Source: an uncultured Planctomycetales bacterium
GTDB lineage: Bacteria; Omnitrophota; Gorgyraeia; Gygaellales; Profunditerraquicolaceae
Assembly (NCBI GenBank): GCA_964579435.1
Contig: CAZOGI010000008.1
Span: 2,096-66,095 of the forward strand
DNA length: 64,000 nucleotides
Direction of reading: 5' to 3'
Positions 35,364-44,868 of this stretch are shown in pieces (the first letter of the stretch is position 1; each line of letters begins with the position of its first letter). The notes under the pieces are model-generated. The model did no database searches, was not told the origin of the DNA, and worked only from the letters and a program-made list of their open reading frames with translations. The translations under genes and the position numbers were made by a program.

Positions 35364-38300
35364 ATGTATTTTAAACAACTCCAGATCGTCGGCTTTAAAT
35401 CATTCTTCAACAAGACGACCCTCGATTTCGAGCCGGGGATGACCGCCATTGTCGGGCCCAACGGCTGCGGCAAATCAAACATCTTCGACTCGATCCGATG
35501 GGTGCTGGGCGAACAATCGGTCAAAGCCATGCGCGGCGCCCAAATGGAGGACGTCATCTTCAACGGCACCGAGAACAAGGAAGCCCTCGGCATGGCCGAA
35601 GTCTCCCTCACCTTCGACAATTCGCAACGATTCTTCCCGATGGACCACCCGGAGGTGGTCATTACCCGCAGGCTTTTCCGTTCGGGGGAGAGCGAATACC
35701 TGCTCAATAAACAGCTCGTGCGCCTCAAGGATATCAACGACATCCTGATGGGGACCGGCATCGGCGCCGAAAGTTATTCGCTCGTGCAGCAGGGCAAGAT
35801 CGACCTCGTCTTAAGCTCCCGCCCCGAAGACCGCCGCCTCGTCTTCGACGAAGCATCGGGGATCAGCAAGTACAAGGCGCAGAAACGCGAGACCGCGCGC
35901 AAGCTCGAGGACACCGAGCAGAACCTGCTGCGCGTCAACGATATCATCCAGGAGGTCAAACGCCAGATCACCTCGCTGGAACGCCAGGCGAGCAAAGCCC
36001 GGCGCTACAAAGAAGCGTTCGAGCAACTGCAGGCAAAGGAAGTCAGCCTTGCGGTCATCCAGAAGAAAAAATTCGTCGCCCAGAAAACCGCGCTCATCAA
36101 GACGATCGATGAGCTGCAGGAACAGGAAACCTCCCTCGGCGAGCGCATCAAGGAGCTCCAGCAGCAGATCGCCGCGCGCCAGGCGCAGATAAAATCCCTC
36201 GAGGAGCAGATCGCGCGCCTCAAGAACGAACTCTTGGCCGTGCAGGGCCGCATTACGCGCAACGAAGAATACATCGTCTTCAACGAAGAACGCCTGGCGG
36301 AGCTGGAAGAAACGCGCGCGCAGCTGAGCGCGCAGCGCGAAGAGACAAAAACGCGCCTGGTCGCCGACGAAGAACAGTTGGCGCTCATGCAGCGGGAATA
36401 CGATTCTCTGGAGCAGGCGCTGCGTGAAAAGCAGGAACTCCTCTCCCGTCAGGAAGGGGAGCTGGCGACCATCTCACACCTCATCAAAGAGGCGCACGAG
36501 CAGATCGCTCAGGCCAAGAGCGGCATCATGGACATCACCGCGCGCATGACCGCCGCCCGCAACGAGATCGTCTCCATATCCTCCCAGCAGCAGGTCAAGA
36601 CCGCCCGGCAGAAGAGGCTGGAGCTGGAAAAAGCAAAGATCCGGGAGGAATCCGCTTCGGTAGAGACGAGTTTGGAGGCGGTTTCCCGGGAGCTCGGCAA
36701 CCTCGAGGCGGCCTTCGGTGAGATTTCCGGCCGCATCAACGCGACGAAAGAGCGCCTCCAGGGCGAAGAGGCGGCCTGCGAACGCCTGACGGCTGCCCGG
36801 GCAGAGCTGGAGAAACAGAAACTCTCGCTGGAATCACAGCGGGAATTCATCGCGCAGCTGCGCACCAAATACGAAGACATCAACGAAGTCATGAACGCGG
36901 TCATCTACCTGGACAAGCCCTTCACCGAGAACACCTCCGGTTTGGTGGTCAAGATACGCGCCTACCAGCCCGGACAGATCCAGCTGCACCCCGAACAGAT
37001 GGTCGCCCTGGCCAAGATTTCCGGCGAGGCGAAGCCGATCGACCTGGACGCAACGCGCATCGGCGAACGAATCGCCCAGATCGAACAGGAGATCCTCGCT
37101 TTGAGCGGGGAGGTCGGCGCCAAACAGAAGATTATTCAGACCCTCAAATCCGAGACAAACCGGCTGCAGGATGAAGCGCGCGGCCAGGAGATCACCCTCG
37201 CCAATAAACGCGCCCACCAGCAGAACGTCAGCGAACAGCTCCAGAAGATACGCCAGGAAGAGGAGATCATCGACCTGGAGCTGGCCGACGTCAATACCGA
37301 AATGGAAACGCTGGCGCAGAACCTGCAGAAACAGCACGCGCTCCTCTCGGATACGGAAAACGAACACCGCAGGCTCGAGGAATCGATCGCCGCTTCCCAG
37401 GCGAACATCGCCCAGGAGAACAGCCGCAAAGAGGGGACCTTGGTGGCGATCACCCAAACGCGCACCGAATGCGAAGAGCTGAAACGGCGCATCGCATCGG
37501 ACGGGGCGACCCTGCAGATCATCCGGGACACCTGCGCAAAAGACCGCGACGCGATCGAGCGCCTCAGCGCCCAGATCGAAGAAACGGGGCTCAAGCGCAC
37601 GGCGACCGAGAACGAAATCGAGAGCCTCAAGCGCCAAATAGTTCAAGCAGAGCAGGAGATCATCGCCCGCGACGAGGAGCTGCGCCGCAGCGAATCCGAC
37701 CTTTCCGCTTTCAACAACAGCATCGCCGAAGAGGTCTCCCGCATATCCGCCGACCAGTCGGAACTGGAAACGCTCAAGAACCGGCTCTACGAGCTGCAGA
37801 TGGAAGGCAAAGATATCGATTTCAGGTATCTGGGCATCAAGGAACGGATACTGCAGGGTTACAAGACCGACATCGACACCATCTCCGACCTCACCGAGGA
37901 GCTCAACGAGGAAACCCTCGCCCAGGAGATCCAGGGGCTCAAGAGCAAGGTCGATTCCTACGGCTCGGTCAATCTGGTCGCCATCGAAGAATACGACGAA
38001 CTCAAGGTCCGCTTCGACTTCCTCAACCAGCAGCAGACCGACCTTTTGACGGCGAAGGAATCGCTGCACGAGGCGATCCTGAAGATCAACCGCACCACCC
38101 GCAAGATGTTCATGGAAACTTTCGAGCGCATCCGGGAGGAGTTCAAGAACCATTTCCGCCTGCTCTTTAACGGCGGCGACGCCCAGATCTATCTGCTCGA
38201 CGAACAGGACCCGCTGGAATCCGGCATCGAGATCATCTGCCGGCCCCCGGGAAAGAAACTGCAGAACATCCTGCTGCTTTCGGGCGGAGAAAAATCGATG

Positions 38301-38597
38301 TCGGCGATCGCCCTGATCTTCGCGATCTTCCGCGTGAAACCGACCCCGTTCTGCGTGCTGGACGAGATCGACGCGGCGCTGGACGAAGCCAACGTCGACC
38401 GTTTCAGCCGGATGCTGCAGGAATTCACCAAAGAATCGCAATTCATCGTCATCACGCACAACAAAAAGACGATCGCCAATGCCGACGTGATGTACGGCAT
38501 CACGATGGAGGAGTCCGGGGTTTCCAAGATCGTTTCGGTCAAATTCGGGCAGAAGAAGCTCGCCGCCGAAAACACGCTCGAACCGGCAGCGGCATAG
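35364..38597 (+). CDS. smc: SMC-family chromosome segregation ATPase with unusually short hinge segment
   Basis: N-terminal Walker A (IVGPNGCGKSN), and C-terminal signature LSGGEKSMSAIALIFAIF with Walker B (FCVLDEIDAALD). Long coiled coils are interrupted only by a non-coiled segment of about 70 aa (YLDKPFTENTSGLVVKIRAYQPG...IDLDATRIG) where a hinge of about 150 aa is expected. Confidence 0.85.
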   Translation: MYFKQLQIVGFKSFFNKTTLDFEPGMTAIVGPNGCGKSNIFDSIRWVLGEQSVKAMRGAQMEDVIFNGTENKEALGMAEVSLTFDNSQRFFPMDHPEVVITRRLFRSGESEYLLNKQLVRLKDINDILMGTGIGAESYSLVQQGKIDLVLSSRPEDRRLVFDEASGISKYKAQKRETARKLEDTEQNLLRVNDIIQEVKRQITSLERQASKARRYKEAFEQLQAKEVSLAVIQKKKFVAQKTALIKTIDELQEQETSLGERIKELQQQIAARQAQIKSLEEQIARLKNELLAVQGRITRNEEYIVFNEERLAELEETRAQLSAQREETKTRLVADEEQLALMQREYDSLEQALREKQELLSRQEGELATISHLIKEAHEQIAQAKSGIMDITARMTAARNEIVSISSQQQVKTARQKRLELEKAKIREESASVETSLEAVSRELGNLEAAFGEISGRINATKERLQGEEAACERLTAARAELEKQKLSLESQREFIAQLRTKYEDINEVMNAVIYLDKPFTENTSGLVVKIRAYQPGQIQLHPEQMVALAKISGEAKPIDLDATRIGERIAQIEQEILALSGEVGAKQKIIQTLKSETNRLQDEARGQEITLANKRAHQQNVSEQLQKIRQEEEIIDLELADVNTEMETLAQNLQKQHALLSDTENEHRRLEESIAASQANIAQENSRKEGTLVAITQTRTECEELKRRIASDGATLQIIRDTCAKDRDAIERLSAQIEETGLKRTATENEIESLKRQIVQAEQEIIARDEELRRSESDLSAFNNSIAEEVSRISADQSELETLKNRLYELQMEGKDIDFRYLGIKERILQGYKTDIDTISDLTEELNEETLAQEIQGLKSKVDSYGSVNLVAIEEYDELKVRFDFLNQQQTDLLTAKESLHEAILKINRTTRKMFMETFERIREEFKNHFRLLFNGGDAQIYLLDEQDPLESGIEIICRPPGKKLQNILLLSGGEKSMSAIALIFAIFRVKPTPFCVLDEIDAALDEANVDRFSRMLQEFTKESQFIVITHNKKTIANADVMYGITMEESGVSKIVSVKFGQKKLAAENTLEPAAA

Positions 38598-38610
38598 AGC
38601 AGATACAGGA

Positions 38611-38674
38611 AACAGGGCACCAGGAACAAGGAGTGACCGGTAACTCTTTGTCTCTGGTGCCCTGTCTTTTTGTT
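38611..38674. terminator. Long imperfect hairpin (22-bp arms, 10-nt loop containing ACCGGT) followed by T-rich tract, between convergent smc and GGDEF genes; built from CA-rich repeat-family sequence
   Basis: Left arm ACAGGGCACCAGGAACAAGGAG (38612-33), loop TGACCGGTAA, right arm CTCTTTGTCTCTGGTGCCCTGT (38644-65). 19 of 22 positions pair, and CTTTTTGTT follows. Confidence 0.45.
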
Positions 38675-38680
38675 GCCTGT

Positions 38681-39898
38681 TTAAGAATTAAAGGCGAGCA
38701 GACAGCAGGTGGTATTCTTGCCGCTGTGTTTGGCTTGATAGAGCGTTTTATCGGCAAAACTGAGGAGTTCCGCAGGGGTTTTGCCGTCCTCAGGATAAGT
38801 ACTCACCCCCAGGCTGGCGGTCAGTTTCTGATGCGGCATGATCTCTTCGTGGATAAACGCATGCTTGCCGATATCCTCCCGCAGGCGCTCCGCGATCAGG
38901 AATGCCTCGCGCTTGTCGGTCTGCGGCAGGATGACCATGAATTCCTCGCCGCCGTAGCGGGAGACGAAATCCATCTTGCGGGAATGGCTCTTGAGCAACT
39001 GGGCCAGGTCTTTGAGGATCGTATCGCCGGCCTGATGCCCGAACGTGTCGTTATACACCTTAAAATCGTCTATATCCAGCGCGATCAGGCTGACCGGGAC
39101 TTTAACCGCCTTTGCCTTCTCCAGCTCCTCCTGCAGGGTAAACTGGAAATAGCCGTGGTTCCACAGCCCGGTGAGGGAATCCTGGTGGGTGCGGATAACC
39201 GTTTTTTCGTACAGATGCGAATTCTCGATCGCCAGGCCCGCCTGGTTGGCGAGCATGATGAGCATGCGCAGGTCGCTGTTGGTGATCGATTTTTTGGTGA
39301 TGAAGTTGTCGGCCAAAATGATGCCGTTGACCTTGTCCTTGGCTTTCAGCGGCACGACCGCCAGCTCCTCGGCCTTGAGCAGCTGGATGACCGGGTCGTT
39401 GGCGTAACGGCCGATCGCCTCTTTATTCAGATGCAGCGGCATCCCGTCCAGCACGCAAAGGGACAGGAGGCTCTCGGCGTTCTCCTTCAGGGAAACCTTT
39501 ACGTGCTTGACCTGACGGTTGAAAGAGGTCTCGGGCGCTCCGTTCAGAGCCTTGTAGGCGCCGATAAGCTCCTCGAGGCTTTTGCGCTCCTGCTCGATCT
39601 GCTTCCAGATGCGGTTCGCCTCATCGCCGCTTTCGGGACCGATAGCCATCTTGCCTTCGATCAAACCTTCTTTTTCGTTAACCAAAAAGAGGATGGAGCG
39701 GTTGAAGCCGAGGCCGATGTGTGCGGTGACGCCGGTGAGGATGATATAGAGGATTTCATCGAGCTTGAGGGTGGTACGCATGGCGTTGGAGACCTCGTAG
39801 AGAACCGTCAACTCGGTCTTCGTGCGCTCAAGCTCTGCTTTTATCCGATCCAGCTCCTGCTTGAACTCTTCAGGAACAGGGTGTTTTTCGATGGTCAT
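38681..39898 (-). CDS. Diguanylate cyclase (GGDEF) with N-terminal GAF-like sensory domain(s)
   Basis: The minus-strand ORF translation contains RYGGEEFMVILPQTDKREA (the GGEEF active site), the inhibitory-site-like LDIDDFKVYND, and upstream GAF-like segments. Confidence 0.8.
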   Translation of the reverse strand: MTIEKHPVPEEFKQELDRIKAELERTKTELTVLYEVSNAMRTTLKLDEILYIILTGVTAHIGLGFNRSILFLVNEKEGLIEGKMAIGPESGDEANRIWKQIEQERKSLEELIGAYKALNGAPETSFNRQVKHVKVSLKENAESLLSLCVLDGMPLHLNKEAIGRYANDPVIQLLKAEELAVVPLKAKDKVNGIILADNFITKKSITNSDLRMLIMLANQAGLAIENSHLYEKTVIRTHQDSLTGLWNHGYFQFTLQEELEKAKAVKVPVSLIALDIDDFKVYNDTFGHQAGDTILKDLAQLLKSHSRKMDFVSRYGGEEFMVILPQTDKREAFLIAERLREDIGKHAFIHEEIMPHQKLTASLGVSTYPEDGKTPAELLSFADKTLYQAKHSGKNTTCCLLAFNS

Positions 39899-40039
39899 AA
39901 GTCATCCCGGCGCCTTTCTTGCCCTTTGGGGTTAACCCCGGGGCTCTCTGCCGAGGGATTTATAGGAAATGTAGCACATTTTTGCCCTTCTGTCAAGCAG
40001 CGGTACGCTCCTTGACGCAGCGCCGCAGCGGATTCACCA

Positions 40040-40068
40040 TTGCACTAACCGATTGATTATGCTATAGT
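40040..40068 (+). promoter_or_regulatory. Sigma70-like promoter TTGCAC-17-TGcTATAGT; ATG at 40075 at predicted +1 (leaderless)
   Basis: TTGCAC 40040-45, TATAGT 40063-68 with an upstream TG, ATG at 40075. Confidence 0.45.
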
Positions 40069-40074
40069 TAACGC

Positions 40075-41862
40075 ATGAACACCCTACGGTTTCTGCGCCG
40101 CGGCCTAATTTACTGCCTCTTCCTGCTCCTGGCGATCACCGCCGCAGACTTTATCCTCTACCGCATCTACTGTTTTCGCAACAAAATCCCTCCCCGTTTC
40201 ACCCCCTGCATCGGCCTCTCCGATCTTTCCCGGCTTACCGGCCCCCTCAGCAGGGATAAGAAGAGCGGGTACTGGAATGCATCTTTCCGCAAAGATCCGG
40301 GGATCATCCGAATCGGTTGTTTCGGGGATTCCTTTACGCAAGGAGACGAGGTCAATCAGACCCTCGACTACCCGTCTCTCCTGCAAAACCTCCTGGACCA
40401 ACGAGGATTGAGCCGCGTGCAGATACTCAATTTCGGCAATAGCTGGCACGGTTTCCATCAAGCCTACCTCGTATGGAAAGAGCTTGCCGCAGACTACCAG
40501 CTCGACGGGGTATTGATCGGCCCCCGGGGCTTTTGGCAGGAGCGCGACTCACGATTCAATCATGCCTTCCCGGAACTGCCGCTTCCCGGGACAACCGCCT
40601 CGCTCCATGCCCGCTTTATCCTGGACAAACAGGGGGTGCGCCTGCTTTCGCCTGTCGGAAAAAACGTCTGCCAGCTCTCCCGGGCCTACGTGCGGTTCAT
40701 CCCCGCCTGGAGATACCTGCGCTACGACACCGGCGAACCGTTTTTCCTCAAAGCGCCGATCGAGCTCTTTACCCCGAACAGGTCCCTGCGCAACGGGAAC
40801 CCTTTTTATTACCGCAAAGACATCCCGCAGGAGATGGGGCTGATCTACCGCGCGCTCCTCAACGATATCGCGCAGCGCACCCCCTGGGTATTCCTGGGCA
40901 ATTACGAACGGCAGATACTGGAAACCGCCAAAACGATCCGGCGGGACAATTTTTCCTGCTCGTTGCTTTTGCGGCCGCACCATTTCCCGTATCAAGCCTT
41001 CGGCGGTCACAACGGCCCCCTCGGGAACCTGGTTTTGGCGCAGCAGATGCTGAAAGTCCTGTTGGGCGAAACCGAATGCACCTTGACCATCCTCAAGACC
41101 GAAAACCTTGCCGGCGCCGCCGGGACCCCTGCGATGCCGCAGCGTCCTGAACCGCTCGGCTATTATGACGAAGCGGCTTTCCTGATCCGCGGACAGCGTA
41201 TCGGCTCGCTCTTTCGCCGGCACCCGATCTGGCCGGTCTATTGCTGCGGGCCCGAATGCGCCCCGATACAAAAACCGCTCCAGGACATACACGCGCTTCT
41301 CTACCTGCGCCGGGAGGGGCAAAGCTCCCTTCTCGACGATGATTTCATCAACATACCTTTTGACCTTCGGGAAGGGATGCCGGCGCTCATCCGCACCCGC
41401 GCGCAGGGGCGCTGGCAGGACCGCCCGCTGGGCACCGTCTCGCTCCTGCATCCGGGCAGCAACATCGGCAGCATCGAGCCGCCGCAGGAGCTGCCGACCG
41501 TCTCTTTCTCCTGCGAAGCGGCAGGGCTGCGCGCGGCACACAAGGCCTGGCGCGTCAAAAACAAGGAGAGCGCCCTTTTGCTCATCGACGGCAAAGTGGT
41601 CGCGTACGGAAGAGTCGACACCCGCTCAATCACGTTCTTCGTGCCGCAGGAGCAGATGGTGATCGCGCGCGCCAGCGGCGTCGATTTACCGGATATCGAT
41701 TCGTTCCCCGAGGAAGGAACGATCGAACTGGCGCTGCGCAAGGGGAAAGAGGCCGGGCACGAATTCTCCTGCGCGCGCTGGCGAAAGACGAAGGTCACCG
41801 TTTCGCTGGAGCCGCCGGGGAGGAGATTGATCAAAAACAGTGAACCCTCGTGCGCTCGATAA
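40075..41862 (+). CDS. Hypothetical N-terminally membrane-anchored protein with SGNH/GDSL-hydrolase-like block I motif
   Basis: N-terminal TM helix (LIYCLFLLLAITAADFILY). IRIGCFGDSFTQGDE resembles the GDS(L) block I of SGNH hydrolases. No other confident motifs were seen in the remaining 400 aa. Confidence 0.4.
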   Translation: MNTLRFLRRGLIYCLFLLLAITAADFILYRIYCFRNKIPPRFTPCIGLSDLSRLTGPLSRDKKSGYWNASFRKDPGIIRIGCFGDSFTQGDEVNQTLDYPSLLQNLLDQRGLSRVQILNFGNSWHGFHQAYLVWKELAADYQLDGVLIGPRGFWQERDSRFNHAFPELPLPGTTASLHARFILDKQGVRLLSPVGKNVCQLSRAYVRFIPAWRYLRYDTGEPFFLKAPIELFTPNRSLRNGNPFYYRKDIPQEMGLIYRALLNDIAQRTPWVFLGNYERQILETAKTIRRDNFSCSLLLRPHHFPYQAFGGHNGPLGNLVLAQQMLKVLLGETECTLTILKTENLAGAAGTPAMPQRPEPLGYYDEAAFLIRGQRIGSLFRRHPIWPVYCCGPECAPIQKPLQDIHALLYLRREGQSSLLDDDFINIPFDLREGMPALIRTRAQGRWQDRPLGTVSLLHPGSNIGSIEPPQELPTVSFSCEAAGLRAAHKAWRVKNKESALLLIDGKVVAYGRVDTRSITFFVPQEQMVIARASGVDLPDIDSFPEEGTIELALRKGKEAGHEFSCARWRKTKVTVSLEPPGRRLIKNSEPSCAR

Positions 41863-41864
41863 TC

Positions 41865-41893
41865 CTGTACTTTGAGGCCGGTTCTGCTATAAT
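41865..41893 (+). promoter_or_regulatory. Extended -10 promoter (TGcTATAAT) with weak -35, upstream of glucan phosphorylase gene
   Basis: TGCTATAAT 41885-41893. AAGGAG RBS at 41924-29 and ATG at 41942. Confidence 0.4.
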
Positions 41894-41941
41894 GAACCGT
41901 TGAAAAACGCCCGAGCACCCCACAAGGAGACGACGCATCCC

Positions 41942-43984
41942 ATGGAGCACAACCGCACCGCTGCCGCAGCGCATACAGCCGCGCTTTCGCCGTTAGAGGA
42001 ATTCCTGACGCTGGTCGATATAGCCGGATACGAGCCGATCTACAAACAGGAGATCACCAACGAATCCTACTTCGGGATGCCCCTGGCCAGCATCCTGAAG
42101 GCGGAGAAACGGCTGCGCACCGCCCAGGAACGGACGATCGCCTACTTCTCGATGGAGTACGGGCTGGCCTCCAGCTTCTACAACCGCTTCAACAGCGTCC
42201 GGGAGATCTCCGCCCATAACCGTAACCAGGAGTACGAGATCTTCTCCAATTTCCGCCTCGCCGACTATTTTTTCACGGTCAAGACCGAGAACATCATCGA
42301 CATCCCGCTCTACAGCGGCGGCCTCGGGGTACTGGCCGGGGATACGGTCAAGACCATGGCTGACTACAAACTGCCGGCGGTTGCCGTCGGGATGCTCTGG
42401 AACAGCGGCTATTTCAACCAGAAATTCTGGTTTAAGTTCGGGCAATTGCCCGAGAAGACGTACTGGGATTTCTACACCTATCCCGGCCTCATCCCGCTGC
42501 GCAACAAGATCAAGATCTCCCTCGCGCACGAAGACGTCTACCTGCGCCTGTGGAAATATTACGTCTACAGCTACACCCACGATTACGCCATCCCCCTCAT
42601 CCTGCTCGACGCCAATGTCGAGCCCAACAGCGACAAGACCCGCCAGCTCACCGATCAGCTCTACCGCAGCGACAACGTCTGGATCAAGATCATGCAGCGG
42701 CTCATCCTGGGCATGGGAGGAGTGGAGGCGCTCTCGGCGCTCGGCTATGCCCCGGATATCTATCACCTCAACGAAGGCCACGCGGTCTTCTCCTACATCC
42801 AGCGCGCCCGCGGGCTCTCGCCAGAGGAAAAACAGGAACTCAAGAAGCACTTCGTCTACACCTGCCACACGCCCGTGGAAGCCGGTCACGACCGTTTCTC
42901 CCCGCATGACCTGGTGCTGGTCCTCAAAAAAGAGGACTACGACACCGCCGAGGAGTTCGGCAGGGATTCTACCGGCGCGATAAACCTGACGCTTCTGTCG
43001 ATGAATGTCTCCTCAAGCGTCAATGCCGTCTCCCGGAAGCACCAGCGGGTGATGCAGCTGCAATTCCCCCTCTACCGCGAGCGCATCCAGTGCGTCACCA
43101 ACGGCGTGCACCCGCACACCTGGATGTCGGGGCCGATCATGCAGCTGATGGAGCGCTACGCCTCGGTCTTCGAGGACATCCAGGCAAACCCCATGGCGCT
43201 GATCAAGACCAAAGCGCTCAAGGAAGACGAGCAGTTCCGCAAAGAGCTCTGGCAGGCCCACCAGGAAAACAAGAACAGGCTCTGCAGCCTCCTGGGAAAA
43301 TGGAACCTCAACCCCAACGCGCTGACCATCTGCTGGGCGCGGCGCATCGCCGCGTACAAACGGCCCAGCCTGCTGCTCAAAGACGTCACGCGCCTGATCG
43401 AGATCGCGAAAAAATACGGCCCCCTGCAGATCATCTTTGCCGGCAAAGCCCACCCCAACGACAACCTCGGTTTCACCTATTTCAACGAAATGTTCGACAA
43501 GGTCGACGCCCTGACCCAGTCGTTCGAGTCGCTGCGCTTCATCATGATGGAGAATTACGACATCTCCCTCGGCAAACTGCTGACCTCCAGCGTTGACGTC
43601 TGGCTCAACACCCCGCTGCCTCCGTTCGAGGCCTCCGGCACCAGCGGCATGAAGGCGATCCTCAACGGCGTCCTGCAGATCAGCACCCTCGACGGATGGG
43701 TCGTCGAGGCGGAAGACCGCAACATCGGCAAGATATTCGGCTACCGCAGCGACACGGACAAGATCGGCAGCGAATACGAACTGCACATAAGCGACGACGC
43801 CCAGAAACTGTACGCGGCGCTGGAAGAGACCGCCGGCCTGTACTACGCCTGCAATCGCAACGGATCCATCGACCTGTCTTGCCCCTGGATAGACACGATG
43901 ATCGACTGCCTTGCGGCCGGTTCGGAGTTCAATACCTACCGGATGCTGGACCAGTACAAGAAAATGGTCTGGGGCATCCCGTAA
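41942..43984 (+). CDS. Alpha-glucan phosphorylase (GT35; glycogen/maltodextrin phosphorylase-like, GlgP family)
   Basis: YFSMEYGL, SGGLGVLAGD (the GT35 glycine-rich loop), and TCHTPVEAGHDRF. The start at ATG 41942 has a good RBS. The track's 41900 is a TTG. Confidence 0.8.
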   Translation: MEHNRTAAAAHTAALSPLEEFLTLVDIAGYEPIYKQEITNESYFGMPLASILKAEKRLRTAQERTIAYFSMEYGLASSFYNRFNSVREISAHNRNQEYEIFSNFRLADYFFTVKTENIIDIPLYSGGLGVLAGDTVKTMADYKLPAVAVGMLWNSGYFNQKFWFKFGQLPEKTYWDFYTYPGLIPLRNKIKISLAHEDVYLRLWKYYVYSYTHDYAIPLILLDANVEPNSDKTRQLTDQLYRSDNVWIKIMQRLILGMGGVEALSALGYAPDIYHLNEGHAVFSYIQRARGLSPEEKQELKKHFVYTCHTPVEAGHDRFSPHDLVLVLKKEDYDTAEEFGRDSTGAINLTLLSMNVSSSVNAVSRKHQRVMQLQFPLYRERIQCVTNGVHPHTWMSGPIMQLMERYASVFEDIQANPMALIKTKALKEDEQFRKELWQAHQENKNRLCSLLGKWNLNPNALTICWARRIAAYKRPSLLLKDVTRLIEIAKKYGPLQIIFAGKAHPNDNLGFTYFNEMFDKVDALTQSFESLRFIMMENYDISLGKLLTSSVDVWLNTPLPPFEASGTSGMKAILNGVLQISTLDGWVVEAEDRNIGKIFGYRSDTDKIGSEYELHISDDAQKLYAALEETAGLYYACNRNGSIDLSCPWIDTMIDCLAAGSEFNTYRMLDQYKKMVWGIP

Positions 43985-44010
43985 GGCGCGCCGGGACAGA
44001 AACTCCCCCG

Positions 44011-44868
44011 ATGAAACTGCCGATCAGCGCAATCATCCTCACCCTGAACGAGGAAAACGCGGTCGGCGATGCCCTCAGGAGCATCGCCGCATGGGCAGGG
44101 GAGATATTCGTCGTCGATTCGGGCTCCCGCGACCGTACCCAGGAAATCGTCTCCGGCTTCACCCCGCATTTCATCCGCCATCCCTTCGAGAACTACGCCG
44201 CCCAGCGCAACTGGGCGCAGGATCATCTGCCGCTCACGTACGAATGGGTTTTCCACCTTGACGCCGACGAACGCGCCAGCGCCGAGCTGAGCGCGGAGAT
44301 TGCCGGGCTCTTCGCCGCGGGCGCGCCGCGGCAGGACGGCTTCCTCTTTGCGCGCCGGACCGTTTTCGCCGGGACATGGATCCGGCACGGCGGCCATTAT
44401 CCGGTCTATCATCTGCGGCTCTTCAAACGAGCCAACGGCAGGTGCGAAGAGCGACTCTATGACCAGCACTTCTATACGAGCGGAACGCTTCTGCAATGCC
44501 GGGGCGACATTATCAACGTCATCAACGACGACGTCGCCGCGCTCAAAGATCGGCACCGCCGCTGGGCAAAGATGGAGGCGCAGGAGCTGCGCACCAAAGG
44601 CCTGCTCGGCAGCAAGACGCTCAACCGCGATTCCCCCATAGCCTGGCGGAGAAACCTGCGCTACGGCCTGTATTACCGACTGCCGCCCTTCGCGCGCGTC
44701 TTTTTCTACTTCTTCGTGCGCCTCATCCTGCTGGGTGGATTCCTCGACGGGATAAACGGCATGCGTTTCCATTACCTGCACGGCTTCTGGTACCGCATGC
44801 AGATAGATACGCAACTCCTGCGCCTGAAGCTGCAGGCGCCAGAAAGCCCGGACCGAAAACGTGCCTGA
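44011..44868 (+). CDS. Glycosyltransferase family 2
   Basis: ISAIILTLNEE...FVVDSGSRDRT...LDADE form a DxD-type GT-A fold. Confidence 0.7.
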   Translation: MKLPISAIILTLNEENAVGDALRSIAAWAGEIFVVDSGSRDRTQEIVSGFTPHFIRHPFENYAAQRNWAQDHLPLTYEWVFHLDADERASAELSAEIAGLFAAGAPRQDGFLFARRTVFAGTWIRHGGHYPVYHLRLFKRANGRCEERLYDQHFYTSGTLLQCRGDIINVINDDVAALKDRHRRWAKMEAQELRTKGLLGSKTLNRDSPIAWRRNLRYGLYYRLPPFARVFFYFFVRLILLGGFLDGINGMRFHYLHGFWYRMQIDTQLLRLKLQAPESPDRKRA

